Assembly: GCA_017620915.1 (NCBI GenBank)
Contig: JAFZSK010000096.1
Coordinates: 1,236 to 65,235, forward strand
Reading direction: 5' to 3'
Length of the DNA stretch: 64,000 bases
From: Clostridia bacterium
GTDB taxonomy: Bacteria; Bacillota; Clostridia; UBA1212; UBA1255
Part shown: piece after piece, positions 39,958-47,804 of the stretch
Position numbering within the stretch: the stretch's first letter is position 1
Layout: every line of letters starts with the position of its first letter
The notes under the pieces: generated by a model
What the model saw: only the letters and a program-made list of their open reading frames with translations
Database searches by the model: none
Told to the model about the DNA's origin: nothing
Program-made: the position numbers and the translations under genes

Positions 39958-40514
39958 ATTGACGCTCCTTTCTTCTTCAGAAACGATTCAAGACCCTTGC
40001 GGGTGCGGTGGAGGGTTGACATCACGGTGCCTTCCGCTACGTTCAGTTCGGCGGCGATCTCGCTCACCGAGAGCTCGCGGTAGTAGCGGGCAACAAAAAT
40101 CAGCCGCTTTTTCCGGTCGATGCCCCGGAGATATTCGCCGATCATTCCGGCGATCTCTGCGGCGTTTTCCGCGTCGTCCGTGCGGTCCGGCGCGGCGGGT
40201 TCGGTGGCGAGCGCGTCCAGCGGCAGCAGCTCTTCCGGCGGGATGTCCTTCTGCCGGCGGCTCTTGCGGTAACGGTCAATAGCCTGGTTGCGCACGATGC
40301 CAGCCACATACGCGGACAATTTCTCCGGCGCGGCAGGCGGGATGCTGTCCCAGACTTTGAGGTAGGCGTCGTTGACGCATTCGGCGGCGTCGGCTTCGTT
40401 TTTCAGGACGTCAACGGCGACCGCGCGGCAATACTTTCCATACTTCCGCTCGAGCTCCGTTATGGCCTGTTCATCGCGCCGGTCAAACAGCATTATCAGT
40501 TCTTTGTCAGTCAT
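39954..40514 (-). CDS. ECF-type RNA polymerase sigma-70 family factor
   Basis: 186 aa from MTDKELIMLF (ATG 40514), with AGGAGG 9 nt upstream. Region 2 (ERKYGKYCRAVAVDVL.N..DAEECVNDAYLKVW) and region 4 HTH (LSVSEIAAELNVAEGTVMSTLHRTRKGL). Confidence 0.85.
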   Translation of the reverse strand: MTDKELIMLFDRRDEQAITELERKYGKYCRAVAVDVLKNEADAAECVNDAYLKVWDSIPPAAPEKLSAYVAGIVRNQAIDRYRKSRRQKDIPPEELLPLDALATEPAAPDRTDDAENAAEIAGMIGEYLRGIDRKKRLIFVARYYRELSVSEIAAELNVAEGTVMSTLHRTRKGLESFLKKKGASI

Positions 40515-40540
40515 TCGCCGGTACCTCCTGCACCTATACA

Positions 40541-40566
40541 GACGAAATAAAAACGTTGTCCATTCC
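40541..40566 (-). promoter_or_regulatory. candidate ECF-type autoregulated promoter (GGAAT-N17-CGTC)
   Basis: The minus strand reads GGAATGGACAACGTTTTTATTTCGTC. CGTC ends 26 nt before the sigma-factor ATG. This resembles the GGAAC-N16/17-CGT consensus of many ECF groups. Confidence 0.35.
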
Positions 40567-40591
40567 AATTATATCACTTTTTTTGTATAAT
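40563..40591 (+). promoter_or_regulatory. candidate sigma-70 promoter for the divergent 120-aa ORF
   Basis: TTCCAA (40563-40568), a 17-nt spacer, then TATAAT (40586-40591). Its -35 overlaps the putative ECF -35 on the other strand. Confidence 0.4.
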
Positions 40592-40632
40592 TGTCCCGGC
40601 AGCTGCGCTGCGGCGAAAGGAGTGCTGAAAAT

Positions 40633-40995
40633 ATGCGGATCGATGGGGAGGGTTATTCGTTTGAACTGCCGGACAACTGGAACGGTATCGTCGGTGTGTC
40701 CCGCATCCGGGGCGGTGTGACGCTCAGGCTTTTGTGGGAGGATGGCCGGACGCACAGCAGCGTGCTGGCAACTTTTAAAGCGGTGAAGCGTCCCGCGGCA
40801 GTGAAAGGGGACAACGAGCGCATCGGTATTCTGACGTACCCCTCGGGTGAGTCGCGAACGCTGGTGGCGGTATACGGCCGCGAAGGCGCGTGCAGCGAAG
40901 AAAACGCTGATCTCTACTGGCGACTGTTCGACAAATTATATTTTGTATATAAAAGCATCCGGCCCGCAGGAGGATACTCCTGGCAGATGTTTTAA
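40633..40995 (+). CDS. hypothetical cytoplasmic protein (120 aa)
   Basis: ATG at 40633 with AAAGGAG 10 nt upstream. The tracked TTG start at 40591 falls inside the predicted -10. No signal peptide and no recognised motif. Confidence 0.5.
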   Translation: MRIDGEGYSFELPDNWNGIVGVSRIRGGVTLRLLWEDGRTHSSVLATFKAVKRPAAVKGDNERIGILTYPSGESRTLVAVYGREGACSEENADLYWRLFDKLYFVYKSIRPAGGYSWQMF

Positions 40996-41041
40996 ACATT
41001 ATGACATTATATATGGTTTCGGCCTACACTATGCCTTGCTG

Positions 41042-41262
41042 CGGAGGCCGCAATTCCTTCTTTTGTCAATTGTGGCCTCCCGAACGAGAAGAATCGGAGG
41101 CCGCAATTCCTTCTTTTTTCAATTGTGGCCTCCTGAACGAGAAAAATCGGAGGCCGCAATTCCTTCTTTCGCCAATTGTGGCCTCCCGAACGAGAAGAAT
41201 CGGAGGCCGCAATTTATTCTATTCTCAATTGTGGCCTCCCAAACGAGAAAAAGCGGAGGCCG
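41042..41262. repeat. tandem array, 53-bp period, 4 full copies plus 1 truncated copy of a 13-bp-stem hairpin unit
   Basis: The unit is GGAGGCCGCAATT, a 12-nt loop, AATTGTGGCCTCC, then a 15-nt spacer. Copies start at 41043, 41096, 41149 and 41202, with a truncated GGAGGCCG at 41255. The stems are identical in all copies, while loops and spacers diverge slightly. Confidence 0.9.
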
Positions 41263-41294
41263 AAAAGAACGAATAAAGCGATTTCGTCCTACGT

Positions 41295-41324
41295 ATCATA
41301 TTGCTCACAAAGCAGCCGAATCAA
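41295..41324 (-). promoter_or_regulatory. possible minus-strand promoter pointing into the hairpin array
   Basis: The minus strand reads TTGATT (41319-41324), an 18-nt spacer, then TATGAT (41295-41300). There is no CDS downstream on that strand before the array. Confidence 0.3.
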
Positions 41325-41420
41325 AAGTGAAATGAAAAGTGAGAAAATGCGAGAAAATGCGAAAAACAAAGAGAAAATCAAAGAAACAGAGATATATTTC
41401 AATTTTAACGCAAAAAGTGC

Positions 41421-41449
41421 TTGACAGCGGGCGGCGGAAGGAGTAGAAT
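41421..41449 (+). promoter_or_regulatory. sigma-70-type promoter for rplM-rpsI
   Basis: TTGACA (41421-41426), a 17-nt spacer, then TAGAAT (41444-41449). Preceded by about 100 nt of A/purine-rich sequence (UP-element-like). Confidence 0.65.
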
Positions 41450-41504
41450 GTGCCGCGTTCGCCGCCGAAAGCGGGGAAATGTTAATCAGGAGGAATACCA
41501 AGCT

Positions 41505-41942
41505 ATGGGTACATATTCAGCTAAAGCCGCGGATGTTGATGCGGCGAAGAAGAAATGGTACGTGATCGATGCCGAAGGAAAGACCCTGGGAAGATTGGCC
41601 ACAGTCGTTGCCACCCTGCTCACGGGCAAGAATAAACCCGAATTTACGCCGAATCAGGACACCGGAGATTTCGTTATTGTCCTCAACGCGGATAAAGTCG
41701 TGCTTACCGGCAAGAAATACACCGACAAACTTTACCGTCACCACACCGGTTACGCCGGCGGCCTGAAGGAAGTCAACTACAAAGAAATGGTCAAGCGTCA
41801 CCCCACTTATCCGGTAGAAGCGGCCGTTCGCGGCATGCTCCCGAAGAACGCGCTGGGACGCCAGATGTTCAGAAAACTCAAGGTCTACGCAGGCGCGGAG
41901 CACGAGCATCAGGCTCAGAAGCCCGAAACGTACGAGCTGTAA
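41505..41942 (+). CDS. rplM: 50S ribosomal protein L13
   Basis: 145 aa from [66 protein letters not shown]. Confidence 0.97.
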   Translation: MGTYSAKAADVDAAKKKWYVIDAEGKTLGRLATVVATLLTGKNKPEFTPNQDTGDFVIVLNADKVVLTGKKYTDKLYRHHTGYAGGLKEVNYKEMVKRHPTYPVEAAVRGMLPKNALGRQMFRKLKVYAGAEHEHQAQKPETYEL

Positions 41943-41965
41943 GAGCGGTTTAGGAGGACACAGTC

Positions 41966-42355
41966 ATGGCAGATACATATTTTGCAACAGGTAGAAGAAA
42001 GAAATCCGTCGCCAGAGTCGAACTGCTCCCCGGCAACGGCACTGTCACCATCAACGAGAAGAGCATCGACGAGTATTTCGGCCTTGAGACGCTGAAACTC
42101 ATCGTTCGCCAGCCCCTGGAACTCACCGGCAACGCCGGCAAGTTCGACGTCAAGTGCAAAGTCACCGGCGGCGGCTTCACCGGTCAGGCGGGCGCCATCC
42201 GTCACGGCATCTCCAGAGCGCTCGTGGAAGCGGATCCGGACAGCAAAGCAGCTCTCAAGCAGGGCGGTTTCCTTACCAGAGACCCCAGAATGAAAGAGAG
42301 AAAGAAGTACGGTCTCAAAAAAGCGAGAAGAGCGCCGCAGTTCAGCAAGCGTTGA
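41966..42355 (+). CDS. rpsI: 30S ribosomal protein S9
   Basis: 129 aa. GRRK.S.ARV.L.PG.G...IN. GGG..GQAGA.RHGI.RAL. C-terminal TRD.R..ERKK.GL.KARR.PQFSKR. Confidence 0.97.
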   Translation: MADTYFATGRRKKSVARVELLPGNGTVTINEKSIDEYFGLETLKLIVRQPLELTGNAGKFDVKCKVTGGGFTGQAGAIRHGISRALVEADPDSKAALKQGGFLTRDPRMKERKKYGLKKARRAPQFSKR

Positions 42356-42458
42356 TCTGGTTTTTCGATTGGACTTCAGGACCCCGGATGCAAATTCGGG
42401 GTTCTTGTGGATTATAGGGGTAACGGGGACAATGTGATCCCCGGATACGGCGGGGACA

Positions 42459-42935
42459 ATGGGCACGCGATCCGGCATAAGAAAGAAAACGACAAAAAGC
42501 GCGGCGCAGACAGTGCGCGAGGGCATGAAACTGGCGGGCGAATTGCAGCCGGGAGATATCGTGCTGCTTTCGGGCGATCTCGGCGCGGGCAAGACGCACT
42601 TCACCAAAGGCATCCTTAAAGGGCTGGGCGCGGCGGAGGACGCGGTGAGTCCGTCGTTTACCATTGTCAACGAACACCGCACCGGCCGCGTGCCGCTGAT
42701 CCATATGGATGTGTACCGGCTGGGGGACATTGACGAACTGTACGAGCTGGGGTTTGAGGAATACCTTACCGGCGAGGCGGTCGTCGTGATCGAGTGGGCG
42801 GACAAGTTTCCCGAACTGGCGGAGCTGCCGGGGCGCGTGTTCAGCGTTGACATCCGGCGGCGGGATGATATCGACCCCGACCGGCGCGAGATCCGTACAA
42901 GGCGGCCGGACGGCAGGGAGGACAATAAATGCTGA
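42459..42935 (+). CDS. tsaE: tRNA threonylcarbamoyladenosine biosynthesis ATPase TsaE
   Basis: 158 aa. GDIVLLSGDLGAGKTHFTKG P-loop, SPSFT, H.D.YRL motifs. Confidence 0.85.
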   Translation: MGTRSGIRKKTTKSAAQTVREGMKLAGELQPGDIVLLSGDLGAGKTHFTKGILKGLGAAEDAVSPSFTIVNEHRTGRVPLIHMDVYRLGDIDELYELGFEEYLTGEAVVVIEWADKFPELAELPGRVFSVDIRRRDDIDPDRREIRTRRPDGREDNKC

Positions 42936-43603
42936 TACTTGCTATTGACACTTCGTGCGCCAACGCGGGCGTCTGCCTGATGCGCGGCGGCAATGTGCTG
43001 GGCACGGTCTCCCAGGCGGACAAACGCACCCATTCCGTGAAGCTGCTGCCGGAGATACAGGCGCTCATGGAATCGCACGGTGTTGCGCCCGCGGAGCCGG
43101 ATCTGTTCGCGGTCACCACGGGCCCAGGGTCGTTTACCGGCGTGCGGATCGGGGCGGCAACGGCCAAAATGCTGGCGTACGCGGCGGGGAAGCCGCTGGT
43201 GGGCGTCAATACGCTGGACGTGCTGGCGGGGGATATTGACGGCGACGGATACGTGCTTTCGCTGATCGACGCGCGCAACCTGCGGGCGTACGGACGGCTT
43301 TACCGGGGCGGCAGGCAATTGACCCCGGGCGCGGTGGACAAAGTGACCGCGCTTATCGGCGCGCTGCCGGAAGAGGCGCGGGGGAAGAAGATCATTGTCC
43401 GCGGCGACGCGGTGCTGAACCCCGGGATACGCGCGGAACTGGCCGCTGCGGGCGATTTTGAATTCGTGCCTGAGTCGGACCGGGCATACCCGGATCCGGC
43501 GGTCCTGGCGGCAATGGCGGGCCAAATTTTCGACGCAGCCGGACGCGACGCCGCGCGCTTCGCGCCGGAAAAGCTCCGGATCGAGTATATGAAGGACTGG
43601 TGA
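42929..43603 (+). CDS. tsaB: tRNA t6A biosynthesis protein TsaB (YeaZ)
   Basis: 224 aa. ILAIDTS start. GPGSFTG.RIG....K..A motif. Overlaps the tsaE stop. Confidence 0.88.
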   Translation: MLILAIDTSCANAGVCLMRGGNVLGTVSQADKRTHSVKLLPEIQALMESHGVAPAEPDLFAVTTGPGSFTGVRIGAATAKMLAYAAGKPLVGVNTLDVLAGDIDGDGYVLSLIDARNLRAYGRLYRGGRQLTPGAVDKVTALIGALPEEARGKKIIVRGDAVLNPGIRAELAAAGDFEFVPESDRAYPDPAVLAAMAGQIFDAAGRDAARFAPEKLRIEYMKDW

Positions 43604-44034
43604 CTATGAGCGGCGTCAACGATCTCCGGGCGATGATACCCGAATTTGCGCGCCTGGAAGCGGCGTGCTTCGCCGTGCCGTGGAGCGCGCAGATGCTGAC
43701 GGAGTCGCTGGAGTCCGGTCTGTATATTTTCACATTTGTCAAACAAGATGATGTGCTGGCGGGCTACGCGTGCGGGCTGATCGCCGGCGACCAGGGCGAG
43801 ATCGACCGGATCTGCGTGCTGCCGGAGTTTCGGCGGCGGGGCATCGGCGTGCGGCTGCTTTCCGAGCTGAAGACGGCGTTCGTTGCCGCCGGCTGCGGGT
43901 CAGTGTTCCTGGAAGTGCGCGCGTCCAACGCGGCGGCGCGGTCAATGTACGAAAAGTTCGGTTTCCGCGAGACCGGCCGGCGCAAGAATTACTATCCGGA
44001 CGATGACGCGGTGCTGTACGGGACGGTGCTGTAA
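43600..44034 (+). CDS. rimI: ribosomal-protein-alanine N-acetyltransferase (GNAT)
   Basis: 144 aa. The GTG start overlaps the tsaB stop. I.V.PE.RR.GIG..LL acetyl-CoA motif. The tsaE-tsaB-rimI order is conserved. Confidence 0.85.
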   Translation: MTMSGVNDLRAMIPEFARLEAACFAVPWSAQMLTESLESGLYIFTFVKQDDVLAGYACGLIAGDQGEIDRICVLPEFRRRGIGVRLLSELKTAFVAAGCGSVFLEVRASNAAARSMYEKFGFRETGRRKNYYPDDDAVLYGTVL

Positions 44035-44035
44035 A

Positions 44036-45202
44036 TTGGACAGACTGAAGCGGGCGCAGCAAATTATCATCGATTCCGGACTGGCAGCGGGCAGCGCGCT
44101 TTTAGTGGGCAACGGCCGCGAACTAATTTTTGAAAATTATGCCGGCATTGCCCGCGCGGACGGGACGCTCGCGGACAACACCACGCTCTGGCACATGTAT
44201 TCCATGACCAAGGCGTTGACGGTCACCGCGGCGCTGATCCTGCTGCAGCGCGGGCAATTGCGTTTAGACGCCCCGGTGAGCGACTATATCCCGGAATTCG
44301 GCGCCGGGCGTATCTGTCCCACAATTAAAAACCTGTTCACCATGACTTCCGGGCTCACGTATTTCGGCGGGGAGGAGACGCCCGCGGAACAGGCGTTTTT
44401 CCGGGAGTGGAAGGCGGATATCGACCGCGGCGCACCGTGGGGAACAGTAAAGTTTGCTAAAAAACTCGCTGCGCTGCCGCCCGCGTTCGAGCCGGGGGCC
44501 CGGTTTCAGTACGGATTGTCTCACGACGTGCTGGGCGCGGTCGTCGAGGTTATTTCCGGCAATACACTGGAGTACTTTTGCCGCCGTGAACTGTTCGAAC
44601 CGCTGGAAATGCGCGATTCCTACTGGTGTCAATCCGTGCCGCTTGACAGTTCTGACCGCCTCGCGGAGTGCCTCGATTTTTTGAACAGGGGTCAGACCCC
44701 ATATTCAAAAAATCCGTGCGCGATCCAGCCGCTGCCGGGCCGGCCGGTGCCGGGACATCCGGAGATATTTGACCCGCTCATGTTCTCCGGCGGCGCGGGA
44801 CTGGTGGCCACGGCGCGGGATTACGGCAAGTTCCTGGATATGCTGTTGAGACCGGAGGAAACGGGGATACTCACGCCGGAAACGGCGGCACTGTTGACGC
44901 GGCCGGCACTCACTCCGGCGCAGCGGGTAACGTACAATCTACCCGGCGCGGACCGCTGCCACTTCGGGCCCGAATACACGTACAGCCTGGGGATGCGGGT
45001 GCTGGAGCGGCCGGATATTGACGCCGCACATGGCGGACTAAACGAATTCGGCTGGTCGGGGGCGCTGGGGACGTGGTTTTTTGTTGACCCTGAGGACGGC
45101 GTGTGGTTCCTGTACCTGCACCAGCACGTCCCCGCGGAGCACGCCCGGTTCATTCCGGAACTGCGGCGGGTGTTTTACGAGATCATCAAACGCGTTGACT
45201 GA
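44036..45202 (+). CDS. serine hydrolase, beta-lactamase/PBP4*-like family
   Basis: SxxK motif (YSMTK) about 55 aa into the protein. No ATG lies between the rimI stop and that motif, so I propose the TTG at 44036. The tracked start at 43883 would overlap rimI by 150 nt. Confidence 0.75.
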   Translation: MDRLKRAQQIIIDSGLAAGSALLVGNGRELIFENYAGIARADGTLADNTTLWHMYSMTKALTVTAALILLQRGQLRLDAPVSDYIPEFGAGRICPTIKNLFTMTSGLTYFGGEETPAEQAFFREWKADIDRGAPWGTVKFAKKLAALPPAFEPGARFQYGLSHDVLGAVVEVISGNTLEYFCRRELFEPLEMRDSYWCQSVPLDSSDRLAECLDFLNRGQTPYSKNPCAIQPLPGRPVPGHPEIFDPLMFSGGAGLVATARDYGKFLDMLLRPEETGILTPETAALLTRPALTPAQRVTYNLPGADRCHFGPEYTYSLGMRVLERPDIDAAHGGLNEFGWSGALGTWFFVDPEDGVWFLYLHQHVPAEHARFIPELRRVFYEIIKRVD

Positions 45203-45223
45203 AACGCGAAAAGGAGCATTTAT

Positions 45224-46684
45224 ATGACATCATCCGGTGATATTATCGAAACGGCGGCGAAAACGGCGCGCATCGGCATATTCGGCGTCGGCCACGGCGT
45301 ATACTGGGAGCAGTTCCCGGGGCTCCGGGAAAAGCTGATGGAATACCACGGGGTGTTCCGCGGCAAAGTGGAGCGGTGCGGCGTCGAAGTCGTGGACTTC
45401 GGCATGTCCGACTCCAGTCAGAAAGCAATTGTAATACTGGATCAGATACAGCGCGCGCAGCCGGATCTGGTGTTCTGCAATATGTTGACCTACGCTACAT
45501 CTTCGGTGTTCGCGCCGATCGTGCGGGAACTGCGGATGCCGCTGGTATTGACCGCGCTCCAGCCGCTCAGGCACATGGATTACTCCAACGCCAGCACACG
45601 CCAGCAGTTGGAAAACGATAATATCTGTTCCGTGCCCGAGTTCACCGGCGTGGCGGAACGGATGGGGGGCCGGATCGCGGATGTGATCATCGGCACGCTG
45701 TACGGGGACAACGACGCGGACGCCCAGATCGCCGAATGGTGCGATGTAGCGCGGGTACTTCACGGTCTCAAAGGCGCGCGGTTCGGATTGATGGGCCACG
45801 TGCTGGAGGCAATGTACGACATGCACGCGGATCCCACCGCGATCTCCGCCGCCTTTGGCGTGCACGTGCCGCTGCTGGAACCGGACGAAGTGCTGGCGCT
45901 GGCGAAGCAGGTGACGGAGGCGGAAATTGACGCCCGCTGCCGCCTGATCGAGGAACGCTTCGACACGCCGGATCCGGTGTCCGACCCCGTGACGGCAAAA
46001 TTGACTCCGGAAGACCTGCGCAGTTCCGCGCGCGCCTCTGTGGCACTGGACCGTTTCGTGGCGGACAACGCCCTCACCGGCCTCGCATACTATTACGGCG
46101 GACAGCCCGGTTCGGAGCTGCGCGACCTGCTTAGCGCGTTCATCGTGGGCAATTCGCTCCTGATCGCCCGCGGCATCCCCATGTGCGGCGAATTCGACAT
46201 CAAGACCTGCATCGCGATGTTCATAATGGATCGGCTGGGCATGGGCGGCAGTTTTGCCGAATTCCACCCCTTCGACTTCGACGAAGACTTCATTTTCGTG
46301 GGCCACGACGGCCCGCATCATCTGGCAGTGGCCGAGGGCAGACCGGTACTGCGCAGCCTGCGCAAATATCACGGCAAACCCGGCTCCGGCGCGTCGGTGG
46401 AATTCAAACTGCGCGAAGGCCCGATCACGATGCTGGGCATCACGCAGACGGGCCGCGGACAATTCAAATTCGTGGTAGGCGAGGGCTGGTCGAAGCACGG
46501 TCCGATCCCGCCCACGGGCAATACCAACACTCGCGGCTTCTTCGAACCGGACACCCGTTCTTTCGTCAAAAAGTGGGTAATGGCCGGACCGACGCATCAT
46601 TTCGCGCTGGGCGTGGGACACCGCGCGGAGGCAATACGCAAAGTCGCCGAAGCGCTGGGCATCGAGTGTGAGGTCGTCAGGTAG
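45224..46684 (+). CDS. L-arabinose isomerase-family protein
   Basis: 486 aa. AAGGAG RBS 7 nt upstream. AraA-like layout (IGIFGVG..Y start, GSFAEFH..DF....FVGHDGP, ...AGPTHHFALG near the C-terminus). There are no araB/araD neighbours, so the substrate is uncertain. Confidence 0.75.
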   Translation: MTSSGDIIETAAKTARIGIFGVGHGVYWEQFPGLREKLMEYHGVFRGKVERCGVEVVDFGMSDSSQKAIVILDQIQRAQPDLVFCNMLTYATSSVFAPIVRELRMPLVLTALQPLRHMDYSNASTRQQLENDNICSVPEFTGVAERMGGRIADVIIGTLYGDNDADAQIAEWCDVARVLHGLKGARFGLMGHVLEAMYDMHADPTAISAAFGVHVPLLEPDEVLALAKQVTEAEIDARCRLIEERFDTPDPVSDPVTAKLTPEDLRSSARASVALDRFVADNALTGLAYYYGGQPGSELRDLLSAFIVGNSLLIARGIPMCGEFDIKTCIAMFIMDRLGMGGSFAEFHPFDFDEDFIFVGHDGPHHLAVAEGRPVLRSLRKYHGKPGSGASVEFKLREGPITMLGITQTGRGQFKFVVGEGWSKHGPIPPTGNTNTRGFFEPDTRSFVKKWVMAGPTHHFALGVGHRAEAIRKVAEALGIECEVVR

Positions 46685-46701
46685 TTCATATCAAGTGACT
46701 A

Positions 46702-46730
46702 TTGTATTTTATTCAAAATAATAGTAAAAT
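46702..46730 (+). promoter_or_regulatory. sigma-70-type promoter for the zinc-ribbon membrane protein gene
   Basis: TTGTAT (46702-46707), a 17-nt spacer, then TAAAAT (46725-46730). Confidence 0.5.
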
Positions 46731-46784
46731 ATCATCGGAAGTCACGGGACAGACCCGGAGTTACTACTCTGCAGGAGGTAAGTT

Positions 46785-47759
46785 ATGTTTTGCAGCAACT
46801 GTGGAAAAAAATTAGAAGACGGTTCGAAGTTTTGCCCTGAGTGCGGCGAAGTGTTCGTACAGGAGGCGGCAAACGCGGTCCAGCAGGCTGGCACGGAATT
46901 TGCCGGTGCCGTCGCACAGACCGCTAACGATTTCGAAAACCGTGTCGAGAACCTCGCTGCCGTCAAGGATGACAGCGCTACGGTATTTATTTCGAATACA
47001 GAAGAATCTGACCCTTCAACGGTCATGATCAACAATCAGGCGGAGGAAGCTGAGCGCGAAGCGCGCAGAATAGAGGAAGAAGCCGCGGCGCAGATCGCCC
47101 GCGCTAAAGCCAAAGCGGAAGAAGCCCGTGCTAAAGCGGAAGCCGCGAGAGCCGCTCAGATGGAAAAAGCCCGTGAGGAAATGCGCCAGAAAGCCCGTAT
47201 AGATGCTACCGAGGCGGTCAATCTGGCCAACTACAAGATCTCGCAGGCGGCGCAGGTCAATGAAACGCAGAAAAAAGCCGAAGCCGAAGCGGTGCTGGCT
47301 CACCAGAAAGCCCAGGAAGTCATCCAGGCCGCTCAGGATCTGGGAGTTACCGGGATCCCTGCACTGGCCGCACTTCCCGAGGCGCAGCCGATCCGGGAGT
47401 TCTCCGATTCACCGAGACTGGATCAGCCGGTGAACTACGGCGATGCCGCTCCTCAGACATATACGGCGGAAACGGAGCCGGTCAAATATGTCCGTCCCAT
47501 CGGATACATTCTCTGGCAGCTCCTGTACTCTATTCCCGTGATCGGCTGGGTCTTCCTGATCGTTCATACTTTCAGCAGAAAGAACCGCAACCTGAAATAC
47601 TACGCTATTTCGTTCTGGATCCGGCTGGTCATCCTGCTGATCATCGCGGCGATAGGTCTCCTGCTGTACGTGATCTTCAGAGATAACGCGTACGTCGCGG
47701 GGTTCCGTGATAATATAGTGCGCCCGATCTGGGATATCATCGCGACCCTGTTCAAGTAA
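46785..47759 (+). CDS. zinc-ribbon / coiled-coil / C-terminal 2-TM membrane protein (hypothetical)
   Basis: 324 aa. AGGAGG RBS. MFCSNCGKKLEDGSKFCPECG zinc ribbon. Ala/Glu/Lys/Arg-rich predicted coiled-coil (EAEREARRIEEEAAAQIARAKAKAEEARAKAEAARAAQ). Two C-terminal TM helices. Confidence 0.7.
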   Translation: MFCSNCGKKLEDGSKFCPECGEVFVQEAANAVQQAGTEFAGAVAQTANDFENRVENLAAVKDDSATVFISNTEESDPSTVMINNQAEEAEREARRIEEEAAAQIARAKAKAEEARAKAEAARAAQMEKAREEMRQKARIDATEAVNLANYKISQAAQVNETQKKAEAEAVLAHQKAQEVIQAAQDLGVTGIPALAALPEAQPIREFSDSPRLDQPVNYGDAAPQTYTAETEPVKYVRPIGYILWQLLYSIPVIGWVFLIVHTFSRKNRNLKYYAISFWIRLVILLIIAAIGLLLYVIFRDNAYVAGFRDNIVRPIWDIIATLFK

Positions 47760-47804
47760 TAAACCGGCTTTATTAATCGAGATCCTTCTGGTAAGGGGGT
47801 AGTA

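Noticed and set aside
41042-41262. Possible CRISPR array
   Set aside because: If the palindromic 41-bp segment is read as the repeat, the spacers would be only 12 nt and nearly identical to each other. If the 13-bp arms are read as repeats, they are too short. There are no cas genes in the window. This is a tandem hairpin repeat, not a CRISPR array.
40847-41335. ORFs of 162 aa and 91 aa (41001-41276) that read through the hairpin array and give repetitive GGRNSFF.QLWPPERE peptides
   Set aside because: The periodic peptide simply mirrors the 53-bp DNA repeat, and 53 is not a multiple of 3, so the frame rotates between copies. The first ORF overlaps the real 40633-40995 gene out of frame. Neither has an RBS.
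41328-41424. A small ORF ([30 protein letters not shown]) in the purine-rich block
   Set aside because: There is no Shine-Dalgarno upstream. The Lys/Glu-rich translation is the expected product of an A/G-rich tract. It ends inside the rplM -35, so it more likely belongs to the promoter region.
41915-43525. A 536-aa minus-strand ORF spanning rpsI, tsaE and tsaB. Comparable ORFs occur at 26127-27358, 45230-46621, 47409-48887, 50238-51605, 55863-57317 and 59756-60577.
   Set aside because: Same reasoning. They are antisense to well-supported genes, have no RBS or family signal, and have implausible composition.
43883-44035. Tracked N-terminal extension of the serine hydrolase ORF, overlapping rimI by 150 nt
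   Set aside because: The extension is Arg/Cys/Pro-rich junk in an alternative frame of rimI. A TTG at 44036, right after the rimI stop, gives a normal-length N-terminus ahead of the SxxK motif.
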